DNA of 64,000 bases from an uncultured Chryseobacterium sp. (GCA_964420985.1 CAYQUT010000002.1:47546-111545), one strand, 5' to 3'. Numbered from the stretch's first letter, positions 1 to 10,400 are shown. A program made the numbers and translations. The notes: a model not told the origin generated them from the letters alone.

Positions 1-1302
1 AGTAACAAAATCAGCAAACTGCATTTCCACCATGGCCTTCCAACCTTTGATGCTCAATCCCAAACCTGTACCCACTATAGCCGATTCACACAACGGCGTG
101 TTGCGCACCCTGTCTTTGCCGAAGGTTTCCACAAATCCCTCTGTTACCTTAAACACTCCACCATATTCAGCAATGTCCTGTCCCATCAACACCAAGTTGT
201 CGTGCTTTTTCATAGACTCTCTTAACCCATCGGTGATGGCATCGATGAATCGCATGTTGACTTTATGGCCAACAGGGGATGTTGGAGTTTGATGGAATGG
301 GGCAAAAACATCTCTTTGCTCTTCCATTTCATCAGGAGTTATTTCAGGCAATGCATACACGGTTTTCAATGCATTGTTGATCTTGAGCTTGATTCCCTCA
401 CGCATGGCTTCTGCATCGTTAAGAGAAATATACTTTTGTGCTATAAGCCAATTTTCAAAATTGTCTACAGGATCTTTTTTTGTCCATTCATCAATTAATC
501 CTTGAGGATAATATTTGGTCCCGCTGGCTTCTTCATGCCCACGAATACGGAATGTCATCAATTCAAGAATAATGGGCCTGGGATTGTGCCTAATACTCTC
601 GAGTAAACGCTTGACAGTGGAATACACTTCAAGAATATTGTTCCCGTTGATTTGTACAGCATCCTCTGTAGGAATACCGTATCCTATGGCTTTATCAATG
701 AATTGCTTGCAACGAAATTGTTCATTGCTCGGCGTGGATAGTCCCCAGGCGTTGTTTTCTATGGCAAAAATCACAGGCAATTGCCAAACAGCGGCAACAT
801 TGAGTGCTTCATGGAAGTCGCCCTCACTGGCTCCGCCATCTCCGGAAAAAACCACGGTGCCTTTGGGATTTTTTTCTAGTTTTTGCGCCAAGGCAATTCC
901 ATCGGCTATCCCCAACTGAGGGCCAAGGTGGGAAATCATACCAACCAAGTGATGGGCTTTGGTCCCAAAGTGAAAAGAGCGGTCACGTCCTTTGGTGAAT
1001 CCCGTTTTTTTACCTTGAAATTGGGCAAACAATTGTTCCAAATCCAGTTGTCGAGAGGTAAATACCCCTAGGTTTCGGTGCATGGGCAATATGAATTCAT
1101 CATGTTCCATGGCTTCCGTGATTCCTACGGAAATGGCTTCTTGACCGAATGAGCTAAACCATTTGGAAATTTTTCCCAAACGCAATTGACTCAACATTTT
1201 TTCTTCAATCATACGGGGAAGCAAGATGGCTTCATAGAGCTTGAGTACCTCCTCTTTGGGGAGGTTTCCTTGCTCAAAAGGGATGGCAATTTCTTTATCC
1301 AT
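1..1302 (-). CDS. 2-oxoacid dehydrogenase E1 component, fused alpha+beta subunits (TPP-dependent); partial, continues past window start
   Basis: Absent from the ORF track because it is open at the window edge. My reverse-strand translation from the ATG (cat at 1300-1302) reads MDKEIAIPFEQGNLPKEEVLKLYEAILLPRMIEEKML...GDGGASEGDFHEALNVAAVWQLPVIFAIENNAWGLSTP, a TPP-binding E1-alpha motif. It runs without a stop into an E1-beta-like segment, MRFIDAITDGLRESMKKHDNLVLMGQDIAEYGGVFKVTEGF. The + strand ORFs at 32-1380 are shadow ORFs. Confidence 0.85.
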   Translation of the reverse strand, partial: MDKEIAIPFEQGNLPKEEVLKLYEAILLPRMIEEKMLSQLRLGKISKWFSSFGQEAISVGITEAMEHDEFILPMHRNLGVFTSRQLDLEQLFAQFQGKKTGFTKGRDRSFHFGTKAHHLVGMISHLGPQLGIADGIALAQKLEKNPKGTVVFSGDGGASEGDFHEALNVAAVWQLPVIFAIENNAWGLSTPSNEQFRCKQFIDKAIGYGIPTEDAVQINGNNILEVYSTVKRLLESIRHNPRPIILELMTFRIRGHEEASGTKYYPQGLIDEWTKKDPVDNFENWLIAQKYISLNDAEAMREGIKLKINNALKTVYALPEITPDEMEEQRDVFAPFHQTPTSPVGHKVNMRFIDAITDGLRESMKKHDNLVLMGQDIAEYGGVFKVTEGFVETFGKDRVRNTPLCESAIVGTGLGLSIKGWKAMVEMQFADFVT

Positions 1303-1344
1303 AATCAAGCGACGAAGATAGGAAATCTATGTGGGTCATTGGAC

Positions 1345-1352
1345 TATCTTTG
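1345..1352 (+). promoter_or_regulatory. candidate Bacteroidota -7 promoter box (TATCTTTG) for the 1377 CDS
   Basis: Exact match to TAnnTTTG, 24 nt upstream of the ATG at 1377, in a divergent 74-bp spacer. No clean -33 TTTG seen. Confidence 0.3.
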
Positions 1353-1376
1353 TTGCTTTCGGTTGAATAGACTGAC

Positions 1377-2936
1377 ATGAATCAAACAGTAGAAATAGTA
1401 GTGACGCCCGAACAAAGGGACGACGTTCATTGGATCCACCAATTGGCTTGCAAAAAAGCAGGGGTTGATCCAGAAAGTTGGTCGAGCACTATAGTAAAAT
1501 CCAGTATCGACGCCCGTAAGCGCCCCGTTTTTAGGTTGCAAATGGCCATACATGGTCACCAAGAACAGGGATTAGGCCTTTTGCCCATTCAATATCCCAA
1601 CGTGTCTCAATCGCCCATTCAGGTTTTGATTGTGGGTTCAGGACCTGCTGGACTTTTTTGTGCTTTGAAGCTCATTGAAAAGAGAATAAAACCCATTGTT
1701 TGGGAGAGAGGCCATGATGTGAGACAAAGACGCAGAGACTTGGCTGCCATTACTAAGAACCAAGAGGTGAATCCAGAATCCAATTATTGTTTTGGAGAGG
1801 GCGGAGCGGGTACTTACTCTGATGGTAAATTGTACACCCGTTCTACCAAACGAGGTGATGTCAAGTCTATCCTTCAATCTTTGGTGCAATTTGGAGCGGA
1901 TCAAAATATTCTCATTGAAAGTCATCCGCACATTGGTACCAATAAATTGCCCCAGGTAATAACGCAAATCAGAGAGCAGATAATTGCTTCAGGTGGCGAG
2001 GTTCACTTTTCGAAAAAATTTGTTGACTTTAAAGTCAATGAAAACAAAGATGTTCAAGCTGCTGATGGAGAAGGAAATTGGTTTTCTTTTCATGATATTG
2101 TATTGGCAACAGGGCATAGTGCGAGAGATGTTTTTGAATTATTGTACAAAAAAGGTTTTGAGATTGAATTCAAGTCCTTTGCTTTGGGTGTGCGTGTTGA
2201 ACATCCGCAATCCGTTATCGATTCTCAGCAATACCATTGTGAAGTGAGACATGATGCCTTACCTCCTGCGGCCTATGCCTGGGTGGAGCAGGTGGAGGGA
2301 AGAGGAGTTTATTCTTTCTGTATGTGTCCAGGTGGAATCATAGCCCCGTGCGCAACGGGCAAAGAAGAAGTCGTGACCAATGGTTGGTCGCCAAGCAAGC
2401 GCAATAATCCTTGGGCCAATTCGGGGATAGTTGTTCCGGTAATGTGGGAGGACATACCAGAGTTCCATCAATTTGGTCCGCTGGCAGGATTGCGTTTTCA
2501 GCAGCATGTTGAGAACACATGTTGGATTTCCGGAGGCAAAACACAACAAGCACCGGCTCAAAGACTGGTAGATTTTCTTCAAAATAAAACCAGTAAGCAT
2601 TTGCCTTCATGTTCTTATTTACCCGGTGTGGTGTCCAGAAATCTGCACGAAATTTTACCTCCTTTCATAGCCAAATCTTTGAAAAAAGGTTTTGAACAGA
2701 TAGGTAAAAAAATGAAAACCTATGTGCATGCCGATGCCATCTTGGTGGCGCCAGAATCTCGCACGTCATCACCTGTTAGAATTCCACGAGATCCAATTTT
2801 ACTCTCCCACCCGCAAGTACCCCAACTTTATCCTTGTGCTGAAGGCGCGGGATATGCGGGAGGGATTATTTCAGCAGCCATCGATGGAGTGCGGATAGCA
2901 GAATCCTTATCTTTGAAGCATGCAGACCGTATCTAA
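1377..2936 (+). CDS. FAD-dependent oxidoreductase (COG2509-type NAD(FAD)-utilizing dehydrogenase)
   Basis: 519-aa ORF. Dinucleotide-binding motif VLIVGSGPAGLFCALKL. C-terminal region ...CPGGIIAPCAT...PESRTSSPVRI...YPCAEGAGYAGGI is typical of this family. Confidence 0.75.
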   Translation: MNQTVEIVVTPEQRDDVHWIHQLACKKAGVDPESWSSTIVKSSIDARKRPVFRLQMAIHGHQEQGLGLLPIQYPNVSQSPIQVLIVGSGPAGLFCALKLIEKRIKPIVWERGHDVRQRRRDLAAITKNQEVNPESNYCFGEGGAGTYSDGKLYTRSTKRGDVKSILQSLVQFGADQNILIESHPHIGTNKLPQVITQIREQIIASGGEVHFSKKFVDFKVNENKDVQAADGEGNWFSFHDIVLATGHSARDVFELLYKKGFEIEFKSFALGVRVEHPQSVIDSQQYHCEVRHDALPPAAYAWVEQVEGRGVYSFCMCPGGIIAPCATGKEEVVTNGWSPSKRNNPWANSGIVVPVMWEDIPEFHQFGPLAGLRFQQHVENTCWISGGKTQQAPAQRLVDFLQNKTSKHLPSCSYLPGVVSRNLHEILPPFIAKSLKKGFEQIGKKMKTYVHADAILVAPESRTSSPVRIPRDPILLSHPQVPQLYPCAEGAGYAGGIISAAIDGVRIAESLSLKHADRI

Positions 2937-3537
2937 ATGGATTGAAGATGCCACTGAGCAAATGGCCACCCTACCGGGGATAGGCAAAAAGACGGCTATG
3001 CGCCTCGTACTGCACTTGTTGAGGAAATCAGAGGAGGAAGTGAACCATTTTGCGCAGGCATTGACGGCAGCCAAGCAGAATATTAAATCTTGTCAAACTT
3101 GCCATCAGTTGTGTGATGACGATACATGTGATATTTGTAAAAACCCCATGCGCAGTAAAGAAACAATCTGCGTTGTGCAAGACATTAGAGATGTAATGGC
3201 CATTGAGTCCACAGGACAATTTAACGGAGTTTATCACGTTTTGGGAGGCTTAATTTCACCAATGGACGGAATAGCCCCATCGGACTTGAACATGACAACA
3301 CTTTTATCACGGATTGATACACAAGGTGTCAATGAAGTAATCTTAGCGCTGAATGCCACCATGGAGGGGGAAACCACCTCATTTTACATTTACAAAAAAC
3401 TGGCCCAAACAGAGGTCAAGATTTCCAACATTGCCCGCGGAGTGGCTGTGGGAGGGGAATTGGAATATACCGATGAGGTAACCTTGGGTAGAAGCATTGT
3501 GCACCGTACTCCCTATGAAAACACGTTGAAACGATAA
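2920..3537 (+). CDS. recR: recombination protein RecR
   Basis: Helix-hairpin-helix LPGIGKKTAMRL, C4 zinc finger CQTCHQLCDDDTCDIC, and a Toprim-like ICVVQDIRDVMAIE. Overlaps the upstream CDS by 17 nt. Confidence 0.93.
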   Translation: MQTVSKWIEDATEQMATLPGIGKKTAMRLVLHLLRKSEEEVNHFAQALTAAKQNIKSCQTCHQLCDDDTCDICKNPMRSKETICVVQDIRDVMAIESTGQFNGVYHVLGGLISPMDGIAPSDLNMTTLLSRIDTQGVNEVILALNATMEGETTSFYIYKKLAQTEVKISNIARGVAVGGELEYTDEVTLGRSIVHRTPYENTLKR

Positions 3538-5417
3538 TGATGAAACTTTCTGTTGTTGTTGTTAATTACAACGTTCAATATTTTTTAGAGCAATGTTTGC
3601 ACAGTGTGCAACAGGCCCTCAAAGGTATTGATGCAGAAGTTTTTGTGGTTGACAATGTTTCGAAAGACGATTCTGTAGCCATGGTGCAGCAGAAGTTTCC
3701 TTGGGTAAAATTAATCGTGAATACAGAAAATGTTGGTTTTTCTAGGGCCAACAACCAAGCCATGCGTGTGGCAAAAGGTGAGTACGTTTTGCTCCTGAAT
3801 CCTGATACTTTGGTGGAAGAGGATACTTTTAAAAAGTGCATTCAATTCATGGATGAAAGACCTGACGCGGGTGCATTGGGAGTAAAGATGGTGGATGGGA
3901 AAGGGCAGTTTTTAGAGGAGTCAAAAAGGGGAATTCCTTTTCCTTCAACTTCCTTTTTTAAAATATCAGGCATTTATAGATTGTTTCCCCGATCCGCTTT
4001 TTTCAATCATTATTACTTGGGTCATCTTTCAAAAGAAGACAATCAAGAAATTGAAATTTTATCCGGCGCATTCATGTTTATGCGAAAATCTGCATTGGAT
4101 AAAGTGGGTTTGTTGGACGAGGAATTTTTCATGTACGGGGAAGATATTGATTTGAGTTGGCGAATTCTGCAAGGAGGATTTAAAAATCACTACCTAGCTG
4201 ATACGCGCATCATTCATTACAAGGGAGAAAGCACCAAGAAGGGAAGTTTGAATTATGTCTACGTCTTTTATCAAGCGATGGAAATATTTGCCAATAAACA
4301 CTTCGGAGGTTCTTATGCCAAGTGGTTTCATTGGATGATAAAAGTAGCCATTTGGATGAGGGCCGGCATTAGCTTTGGTAAGCGGATTGTCCAAAAAAGC
4401 TTCCTTCCCATTATGGACATTGGGGTTACTTTATCCGTTTGGTGGTTATTGAAGTCATTGTATTCAGATGTTACAGGAATTGTTATAAGAGACAATATTG
4501 CCATTCCTGCTTTTTGTATTGCAGGCTTGTTTTGGCTCATCCAGGGATGGATTCAAGGATTGTACGACACACCATTTAAGACACAGGGCGTGGTAAAAGC
4601 TTTGGGACGTGCTGGATTTTTTCTGCTTGTGCTGTATAGTTTACTTCCCGAGACTTGGCGCTTTAGCAGGTTGTTAATCATTGTGGGATCTCTATTGGCC
4701 ATGGTCGTTTTTTGGACCTTGCGCAGGCTGCTTCAGAAATGGCAATCCCGTGGATTAGCCGAGGTAAAAAAAGTTTTGATTATCGGTGAAACAACGGAGT
4801 CATCTCGGGTGAAATCACTCCTTTCACATTATGCTGAAAACACCGTTGATTTGTCTCCTTTGAATTTTAGAGAACTGCTGAGTGGTCATGCATTGTCTTC
4901 AAAAATTCGAATTGAAGAGTGGAATACCGTTGTGTTTTGTGCCAAAGATTTGACCAGTGAGGAAATCATTTCAGCGATGAGTCAATTGTCCTCATTGCAA
5001 ATTGAGATGAAAATTGCACCTCCTGAAACGTATTTTCTTATCGGAAGTCAAACCATTGATGGAGTGTACCATACGCCTATTGTGGAGTTGAATAGCATTG
5101 CGAGCAAAGAGAATCAGCGGAAGAAGCGATTATTGGATGTTTTGGTCTCTTTGTTTTTAATGACAACGGGTTGGATTTGGATGAAGAAATTTGGATTTAA
5201 GTTGGGACATTGGTCCATCCAGGTACTGTTTAGACAAAAATCATGGGTGAGCTATTCTAACCATGTGCCCTCATTACCCTCATTACCCATTGGTTTTTTT
5301 AATCCCTCTGCGGCTTCAGAGCCTAATCAAGATAGTGAAAAGGCAGACATGTTGTACGCCAAAGACTACCATTGGTCTAAGGACTTAAGATTGATTTGGG
5401 AATGTCTTTCTCGTTGA
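3537..5417 (+). CDS. family 2 glycosyltransferase with a long C-terminal membrane domain
   Basis: N-terminal GT-A signature (LSVVVVNYNVQYFLEQCL, VDNVSKDDS, LLLNPDT, FMYGEDIDLSWR) followed by about 330 aa with several hydrophobic helices. ATGA overlap with the recR stop. Confidence 0.8.
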   Translation: MMKLSVVVVNYNVQYFLEQCLHSVQQALKGIDAEVFVVDNVSKDDSVAMVQQKFPWVKLIVNTENVGFSRANNQAMRVAKGEYVLLLNPDTLVEEDTFKKCIQFMDERPDAGALGVKMVDGKGQFLEESKRGIPFPSTSFFKISGIYRLFPRSAFFNHYYLGHLSKEDNQEIEILSGAFMFMRKSALDKVGLLDEEFFMYGEDIDLSWRILQGGFKNHYLADTRIIHYKGESTKKGSLNYVYVFYQAMEIFANKHFGGSYAKWFHWMIKVAIWMRAGISFGKRIVQKSFLPIMDIGVTLSVWWLLKSLYSDVTGIVIRDNIAIPAFCIAGLFWLIQGWIQGLYDTPFKTQGVVKALGRAGFFLLVLYSLLPETWRFSRLLIIVGSLLAMVVFWTLRRLLQKWQSRGLAEVKKVLIIGETTESSRVKSLLSHYAENTVDLSPLNFRELLSGHALSSKIRIEEWNTVVFCAKDLTSEEIISAMSQLSSLQIEMKIAPPETYFLIGSQTIDGVYHTPIVELNSIASKENQRKKRLLDVLVSLFLMTTGWIWMKKFGFKLGHWSIQVLFRQKSWVSYSNHVPSLPSLPIGFFNPSAASEPNQDSEKADMLYAKDYHWSKDLRLIWECLSR

Positions 5418-5418
5418 T

Positions 5419-5868
5419 TTATTTGACAAACTTACTTTCGTAGAGCGAAATCCAATCTTTGGGGGTCATCTTTTTCATCAACTCACCAATAAGATTGTAT
5501 GGAATTTCTTCGACTTTCTTAAAACGAATACAACTTTTTCCCATGTCCAATTTGCTTTTAACGTGCTTGGGATATTCGTCTTGAAACCATTGAAGCAATT
5601 GGGGTTCTGCATAGATACCCATGTGATAGAGGGCAATGAAATTCTTTTGCGAGGCAACGGAAACAAAGGGAAGCGGAATTTTAGGATCACAATGATATCC
5701 TTTGGGGTATAAATCATGAGGCACGCAAAATCCAATCATCCCGTAACTGAAATCCATCGAAAATCCTTTGGGAAGATTTTTTTTCATGATGGCAATGATT
5801 TTTTCTATCACCACTTTGCGTTCCTCGGGGAGTGCAGCCAAATACGCCTCAATTTTTTCGTTGGACAT
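5419..5868 (-). CDS. DUF1801 (YdhG-like) domain protein
   Basis: 149-aa ORF with overall resemblance to the small YdhG/DUF1801 proteins. No catalytic motif recognised. Convergent with the GT2 gene with no spacer. Confidence 0.55.
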   Translation of the reverse strand: MSNEKIEAYLAALPEERKVVIEKIIAIMKKNLPKGFSMDFSYGMIGFCVPHDLYPKGYHCDPKIPLPFVSVASQKNFIALYHMGIYAEPQLLQWFQDEYPKHVKSKLDMGKSCIRFKKVEEIPYNLIGELMKKMTPKDWISLYESKFVK

Positions 5869-7499
5869 TACGACTTTTTATTGGATTTACTTTTCTTGTA
5901 TTGCAATGCAGCCTTTATAAAAGAAACAAATAATGGATGTGGATTCATCACAGTGCTCTTGTACTCTGGATGGTATTGTGCAGCCACAAAATAAGGGTGT
6001 GATGGAATCTCAATCACCTCCACCAATCCGGTGTCGGGATTCATTCCGGTGCAGCGCAATCCCGCTTTTTCAAAATCCGCTTTGTAGGCATTGTTGAACT
6101 CATAGCGATGGCGGTGCCGCTCTTCAATGATCTCCTGGCCATAAGCTTTATAGGCTTTGGACTTTTTATCCAATTGACAAGTGTATGAGCCAAGACGCAT
6201 GGTTCCTCCTTTGTTGACGACGGTTTTTTGCTCATCCATCAAGGCAATAACAGGATGTTTGGTGTATTCCTTCATCTCTGTGCTATGGGCATCTTTCCAT
6301 CCCAGCACGTTTCTTGCAAATTCTATGGTAGCCATTTGCATACCCAAGCAAATTCCAAAAAATGGAATATTGTTTTCTCGGACAAATTTGATGGCCTCAA
6401 TTTTTCCGTCAATCCCTCTTGAACCAAAACCGGGAGCTACCAATACTCCATCCAAATTTTTGATGGTATTGGAAACGTTTTTAGAGAACAAATTTTCTGA
6501 GTGAATCCAATGAACGTTCACTTTGGTTTCATTGGCGGACCCGCTATGATTAAAGGCTTCCGCAATGGATTTGTAGGCGTCCTTCAACTCAACATATTTA
6601 CCAATCAATCCAATGTTCACCTCATGTTTTGGTTCCTTATAGCGCTTTAAAAATTTATTCCACTGCGTCAAATTGGGTTTTTGTGTGGATTTTACTTTTA
6701 ACTTTTTCAGTACCACCTCATCCAACTTTTCCTTTTGCATCAACAATGGAACATCGTAAATGGTGGGAGCATCAATGCTTTCAATCACCGCGTCAGTTGT
6801 GACGTTGCAAAACTTAGCAATCTTAGATCGAATGGAAGGATGTATGGGGTGCTCGGTGCGACAAACCAAGATATCAGGTTGAACACCATTTTCCAATAGC
6901 ATTTTGACGCTGTGTTGCGTAGGCTTTGTTTTCAACTCGCCCGCAGCAGCGAGGTAAGGAACAAGCGTAAGGTGTATTACAATACAATCTTCTTCTTTTT
7001 CCCACATCAATTGTCTTACCGTTTCGATGTACGGTAAGCTCTCGATATCTCCCACTGTTCCACCAATTTCAGTAATGACAAAATCAAATTGTTTTTTATT
7101 ACCCAATATTTGAATGCATCGTTTGATCTCATCCGTGATGTGAGGGATAATCTGAACGGTTTTGCCCAAATACTCACCTCTACGTTCCTTTTCAATCACG
7201 CTTTGGTAAATTCTTCCGGTAGTGATATTGTTGGCTTGAGAGGTGGCAACGTTTAAAAATCTTTCGTAATGTCCAAGATCCAAATCCGTTTCGGCACCAT
7301 CATCGGTGACATAACATTCGCCGTGTTCATAGGGATTGAGTGTACCTGGATCAATGTTGATATAAGGATCTAATTTTTGAATAGTGACCTTAAAACCTCT
7401 GGCTTGTAATAGTTTAGCCAATGAGGCGGAGATGATTCCTTTGCCCAAAGATGAAGTTACCCCACCGGTGACAAAGATGTATTTAGTGTTATTGGACAT
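5868..7499 (-). CDS. pyrG: CTP synthase
   Basis: N-terminus KYIFVTGGVTSSLGKGI, glutamine amidotransferase Cys in FFGICLGMQ, and HRHRYEFN near the C-terminus. 543 aa. Confidence 0.97.
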   Translation of the reverse strand: MSNNTKYIFVTGGVTSSLGKGIISASLAKLLQARGFKVTIQKLDPYINIDPGTLNPYEHGECYVTDDGAETDLDLGHYERFLNVATSQANNITTGRIYQSVIEKERRGEYLGKTVQIIPHITDEIKRCIQILGNKKQFDFVITEIGGTVGDIESLPYIETVRQLMWEKEEDCIVIHLTLVPYLAAAGELKTKPTQHSVKMLLENGVQPDILVCRTEHPIHPSIRSKIAKFCNVTTDAVIESIDAPTIYDVPLLMQKEKLDEVVLKKLKVKSTQKPNLTQWNKFLKRYKEPKHEVNIGLIGKYVELKDAYKSIAEAFNHSGSANETKVNVHWIHSENLFSKNVSNTIKNLDGVLVAPGFGSRGIDGKIEAIKFVRENNIPFFGICLGMQMATIEFARNVLGWKDAHSTEMKEYTKHPVIALMDEQKTVVNKGGTMRLGSYTCQLDKKSKAYKAYGQEIIEERHRHRYEFNNAYKADFEKAGLRCTGMNPDTGLVEVIEIPSHPYFVAAQYHPEYKSTVMNPHPLFVSFIKAALQYKKSKSNKKS

Positions 7500-7569
7500 T
7501 CCCGTAAAAAGAAAATAGTGTTACGGGATTCAAAGATACTGCAGTATGACCCTGTGATTCAATTTAATT

Positions 7570-8649
7570 TTACATGTTCTTGGTCAGATTCTTTACCCAC
7601 TTGAATTCTATCAGCCATTCTCGAGCTGCAATTCTTAAGATGGTGTAAACAGGCAGAGCAACCGCCATCGCTGGAATACCGCCTACAGTTGCTGCTGCCA
7701 TTAACACAATAAATAGCTCCAATGGATGCACGCGAATACTGCCTCCCAAGATCAAAGGTTGAATGATGAAGGCATCCAGCGTCTGGGCAATCGAGTAGAC
7801 GATGATGATGCCCCAAAACAAATCGGATAGTTGGCCTCCCATGGTCAGTCCAGTAGACATGCCAATGACCATCGCAAATCCAAATGAAATCAATGGCCCT
7901 AAATAAGGGATAACATTGAATACTCCGGAGAATAGCGCTATCAACCATGCATTGGACACTCCCGCGATGCTCAGTCCAATACCAACCATCACAATCATCA
8001 ACAATATTTGAATGATCAAACCTCCGAAATAACGGGACAGCGTTTTTTTGGTATGAACAACAATGTTTTTCATTTTGTCTACATGCTCATCAGGAGTAAT
8101 AGAGAGCAGAATTTTGTAAAACAATTCCTCATCCTTCAAAAAGAAAAAGGACATGAATACCACAGAAATAAATCCGCCGATAATGCTGAACAACCATCCC
8201 AAAAGATTTTCAAAGTATTGCGCATAGTAGTTAAAACTCAATTTCGCTTGCACTTCTCTGAGGAGTTCAGCAAAAGCATCATGCCCATATCCCATTTGCT
8301 CCAACCAATTCATTTGCGCTGGAAACTGTTCAGTTAAGTTTTTTTCAATAATAAAAGGATCCAAGGATAAGATCATATCAATTTCAGAACGTACCAATGG
8401 CATAAACAGCAATACAATTCCGGTCAATGCCGCAATCATCATGACCAGGGTAATAAGCGCACCAACCCATCTGGGACATCTGAATTTTCCCCATTTTAAC
8501 TTCTCCCATTGGTCAACGATGGGGTCACCGATGAACCCAACAACAGCAGCCAAAACAACAAACAACAGAATTTTTCTAAACAAATAAATCAAGCCCAATG
8601 AGGCAACAATCAGTATGATCCAGAGCCAAAAATTGCGTTCTTTATTCAT
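7570..8649 (-). CDS. AI-2E family (PerM/UPF0118) transporter
   Basis: 359-aa polytopic membrane protein with about 8 hydrophobic helices. Layout and C-terminal half (VFNVIPYLGPLIS...) are typical of the AI-2E/PerM family. Confidence 0.8.
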   Translation of the reverse strand: MNKERNFWLWIILIVASLGLIYLFRKILLFVVLAAVVGFIGDPIVDQWEKLKWGKFRCPRWVGALITLVMMIAALTGIVLLFMPLVRSEIDMILSLDPFIIEKNLTEQFPAQMNWLEQMGYGHDAFAELLREVQAKLSFNYYAQYFENLLGWLFSIIGGFISVVFMSFFFLKDEELFYKILLSITPDEHVDKMKNIVVHTKKTLSRYFGGLIIQILLMIVMVGIGLSIAGVSNAWLIALFSGVFNVIPYLGPLISFGFAMVIGMSTGLTMGGQLSDLFWGIIIVYSIAQTLDAFIIQPLILGGSIRVHPLELFIVLMAAATVGGIPAMAVALPVYTILRIAAREWLIEFKWVKNLTKNM

Positions 8650-9112
8650 TGTTTCCGGGAATTTTATAGGCCAAGATAGTGGCTTTTCCTTTGACGATTA
8701 ATTCAGTATCCGTTTCCCTTTGCAAAAGAGCTACTGTACAGGGTTCAAAAGCGGTCCACAGCCCAGTGAGATATTGGTACAATTCACTAATGCCTGGGTT
8801 GTGCGCTATAACAACCAAGTGATTTTCATCCGCATGCTCCTCTATGCAATTCAGGAGCGTTTCCAGATCGGCGTTGTACAAATCAGAAACGATTTTTTGG
8901 CGCAGATTAGGTTGTTTCTTAAGCCAATACGATGCAGTCTCAAGTGTTCTTTCTGAGGGACTGATGAAAAGCACGGCATCGTCAGGCAGTGTCATCTTTT
9001 CACTTTGCCTTTTTGCCTCTTCCTTTCCTCTTGCAGATAACTGACGATGCAAATCAATTTTATTTATTCCTGCTTCTGCGTGAGCGTGTCGGATCAGTGT
9101 AATGGTTTTCAT
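8642..9112 (-). CDS. histidine phosphatase family protein (SixA-like)
   Basis: N-terminal catalytic motif TLIRHAHAE (RHG-type) and AHNPG. 156 aa. Overlaps the downstream gene by 8 nt. Confidence 0.7.
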   Translation of the reverse strand: MKTITLIRHAHAEAGINKIDLHRQLSARGKEEAKRQSEKMTLPDDAVLFISPSERTLETASYWLKKQPNLRQKIVSDLYNADLETLLNCIEEHADENHLVVIAHNPGISELYQYLTGLWTAFEPCTVALLQRETDTELIVKGKATILAYKIPGNNE

Positions 9113-9555
9113 GATGCGATTAATTTGTCAATCAATGCCTGCATGCGTTTGAGCTTTGTTTCTTCCCTTTTGGCTTCTTCAATGAATCTGATATTTTCTT
9201 TTTGTTGGGTGTAGCTCCATTTTTTAAAAGTTGCTTCTGTTCCAGAATGCTGAACAAAAACGGACTTTAACCACATGGGTATTTCTATTTTTCGTTCTTG
9301 GGTATCCAGGACAACTTGCACCCATACACTGTCTCCAAATTCCTTTCCCAATTGAATTCTGATGTCTTTTAATATCGGAATCATGGGGCCTTTCCCCATA
9401 TTGGCTATTCGGCCACGGTATTCTATCTTATTGTCATAAGTGACAACAACAGGAATGAGATTCTTTTTACCAAACAATGCCATTGTATCAAATGGAAAAA
9501 GAATGAAGGCTCCCCCTCCGCCTGCATTTTCAATGATTCCGTTATACGCTACCAT
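9109..9555 (-). CDS. DUF1905 / YdeI-like domain protein
   Basis: 148 aa. The N-terminal beta-rich part (FILFPFDTMALFGKKNLIPVVVTYDN..YRGRI) resembles DUF1905. The C-terminal helical YdeI/OmdA-like tail is recognised by family resemblance only. Confidence 0.55.
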   Translation of the reverse strand: MVAYNGIIENAGGGGAFILFPFDTMALFGKKNLIPVVVTYDNKIEYRGRIANMGKGPMIPILKDIRIQLGKEFGDSVWVQVVLDTQERKIEIPMWLKSVFVQHSGTEATFKKWSYTQQKENIRFIEEAKREETKLKRMQALIDKLIAS

Positions 9556-9563
9556 AATGGATC

Positions 9564-10388
9564 TTATGCACCCAGTCCTACATCCAGCATCATCATCACT
9601 AGAAATCCTGCAATGAATCCAAGGGTGGCAATGTCTGTGTATTTGTCTTGTTGGGTTTCAGGAATAACTTCCTCTACCACAACATAAATCATGGCCCCCG
9701 CGGCAAAGGCCAAGGCATAGGGAAGAATGGGCAACATTTGCATCACGGCCAAGGCGCCAATCACACCCGCAATGGGTTCAACAATGGCAGAAAGTTGTCC
9801 ATAGAAAAAACTTTTTTTGCGGGATAAACCTAGCCGACGCAAGGGGAAAGAAACAGCAATACCTTCAGGGAAATTTTGAAGACCAATACCCACTGCCAGT
9901 GCTACTGCACCTCCGATGGTGGCCTCTGGAACACCAGCTGCAGCACCTCCGAATAAAACCCCTACCGCTAAGCCTTCTGGAATATTGTGCAAGGTGATGG
10001 CCAGCACCAAAAGGATGGTTCCTTGCAAGTTGGTTTTGACACCCTCTTTTTTCTCCTCTGGAAAATTCAAATGCAAATGGGGAAGCCATTTGTCCAATGA
10101 GAAGAGAAACAGCGCACCTGCAGCAAAACCAACAGCTGCTGGAATGGCTTTGACAAAACCTTCACCCGGGCTCATTTCTATGGCAGGATTTAATAACGAC
10201 CAAAAACTAGCCGCAATCATTACTCCCCCCGTAAATCCTAACATGCCATCAAGCCATCTGCGGTGCAGCGTTTTAAAAAGAAAAACAAGCGCGGCCCCCG
10301 CGGCAGTCACCAACCATGTAAAGCATGTTGCATAAAATGCCGCCCATACAGGATCAATAGAACTCAGATAATCGACAACCATTTTCAT
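9564..10388 (-). CDS. ZIP family divalent metal transporter (ZupT-like)
   Basis: 274-aa polytopic protein with paired ZIP motifs HNIPEGLAVG and QNFPEGIAVS. Confidence 0.85.
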   Translation of the reverse strand: MKMVVDYLSSIDPVWAAFYATCFTWLVTAAGAALVFLFKTLHRRWLDGMLGFTGGVMIAASFWSLLNPAIEMSPGEGFVKAIPAAVGFAAGALFLFSLDKWLPHLHLNFPEEKKEGVKTNLQGTILLVLAITLHNIPEGLAVGVLFGGAAAGVPEATIGGAVALAVGIGLQNFPEGIAVSFPLRRLGLSRKKSFFYGQLSAIVEPIAGVIGALAVMQMLPILPYALAFAAGAMIYVVVEEVIPETQQDKYTDIATLGFIAGFLVMMMLDVGLGA

Positions 10389-10392
10389 ATCT

Positions 10393-10400
10393 CAAAGTTA
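10393..10400 (-). promoter_or_regulatory. candidate -7 promoter box (TAACTTTG on the - strand) for the ZIP transporter gene
   Basis: The reverse complement of caaagtta is TAACTTTG (TAnnTTTG). Only 4 nt separate it from the ATG at 10388, implying a leaderless or near-leaderless mRNA. Confidence 0.35.

Noticed and set aside
32-1562. Seven short ORFs (six on the + strand, one on the - strand) are listed in the ORF track at the window start.
   Set aside because: They are shadow frames of the long reverse-strand E1 dehydrogenase gene, which the track omits because it is open-ended, and of the start of the 1377 CDS. Their translations are low-complexity with no family resemblance.
7501-7527. A hairpin, cccgtaa-N13-ttacggg, lies immediately upstream of the pyrG start codon and could be an attenuator or terminator.
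   Set aside because: The stem is only 7 bp with a 13-nt loop, and there is no U-tract on the transcribed strand. I cannot separate it from chance without conservation data.
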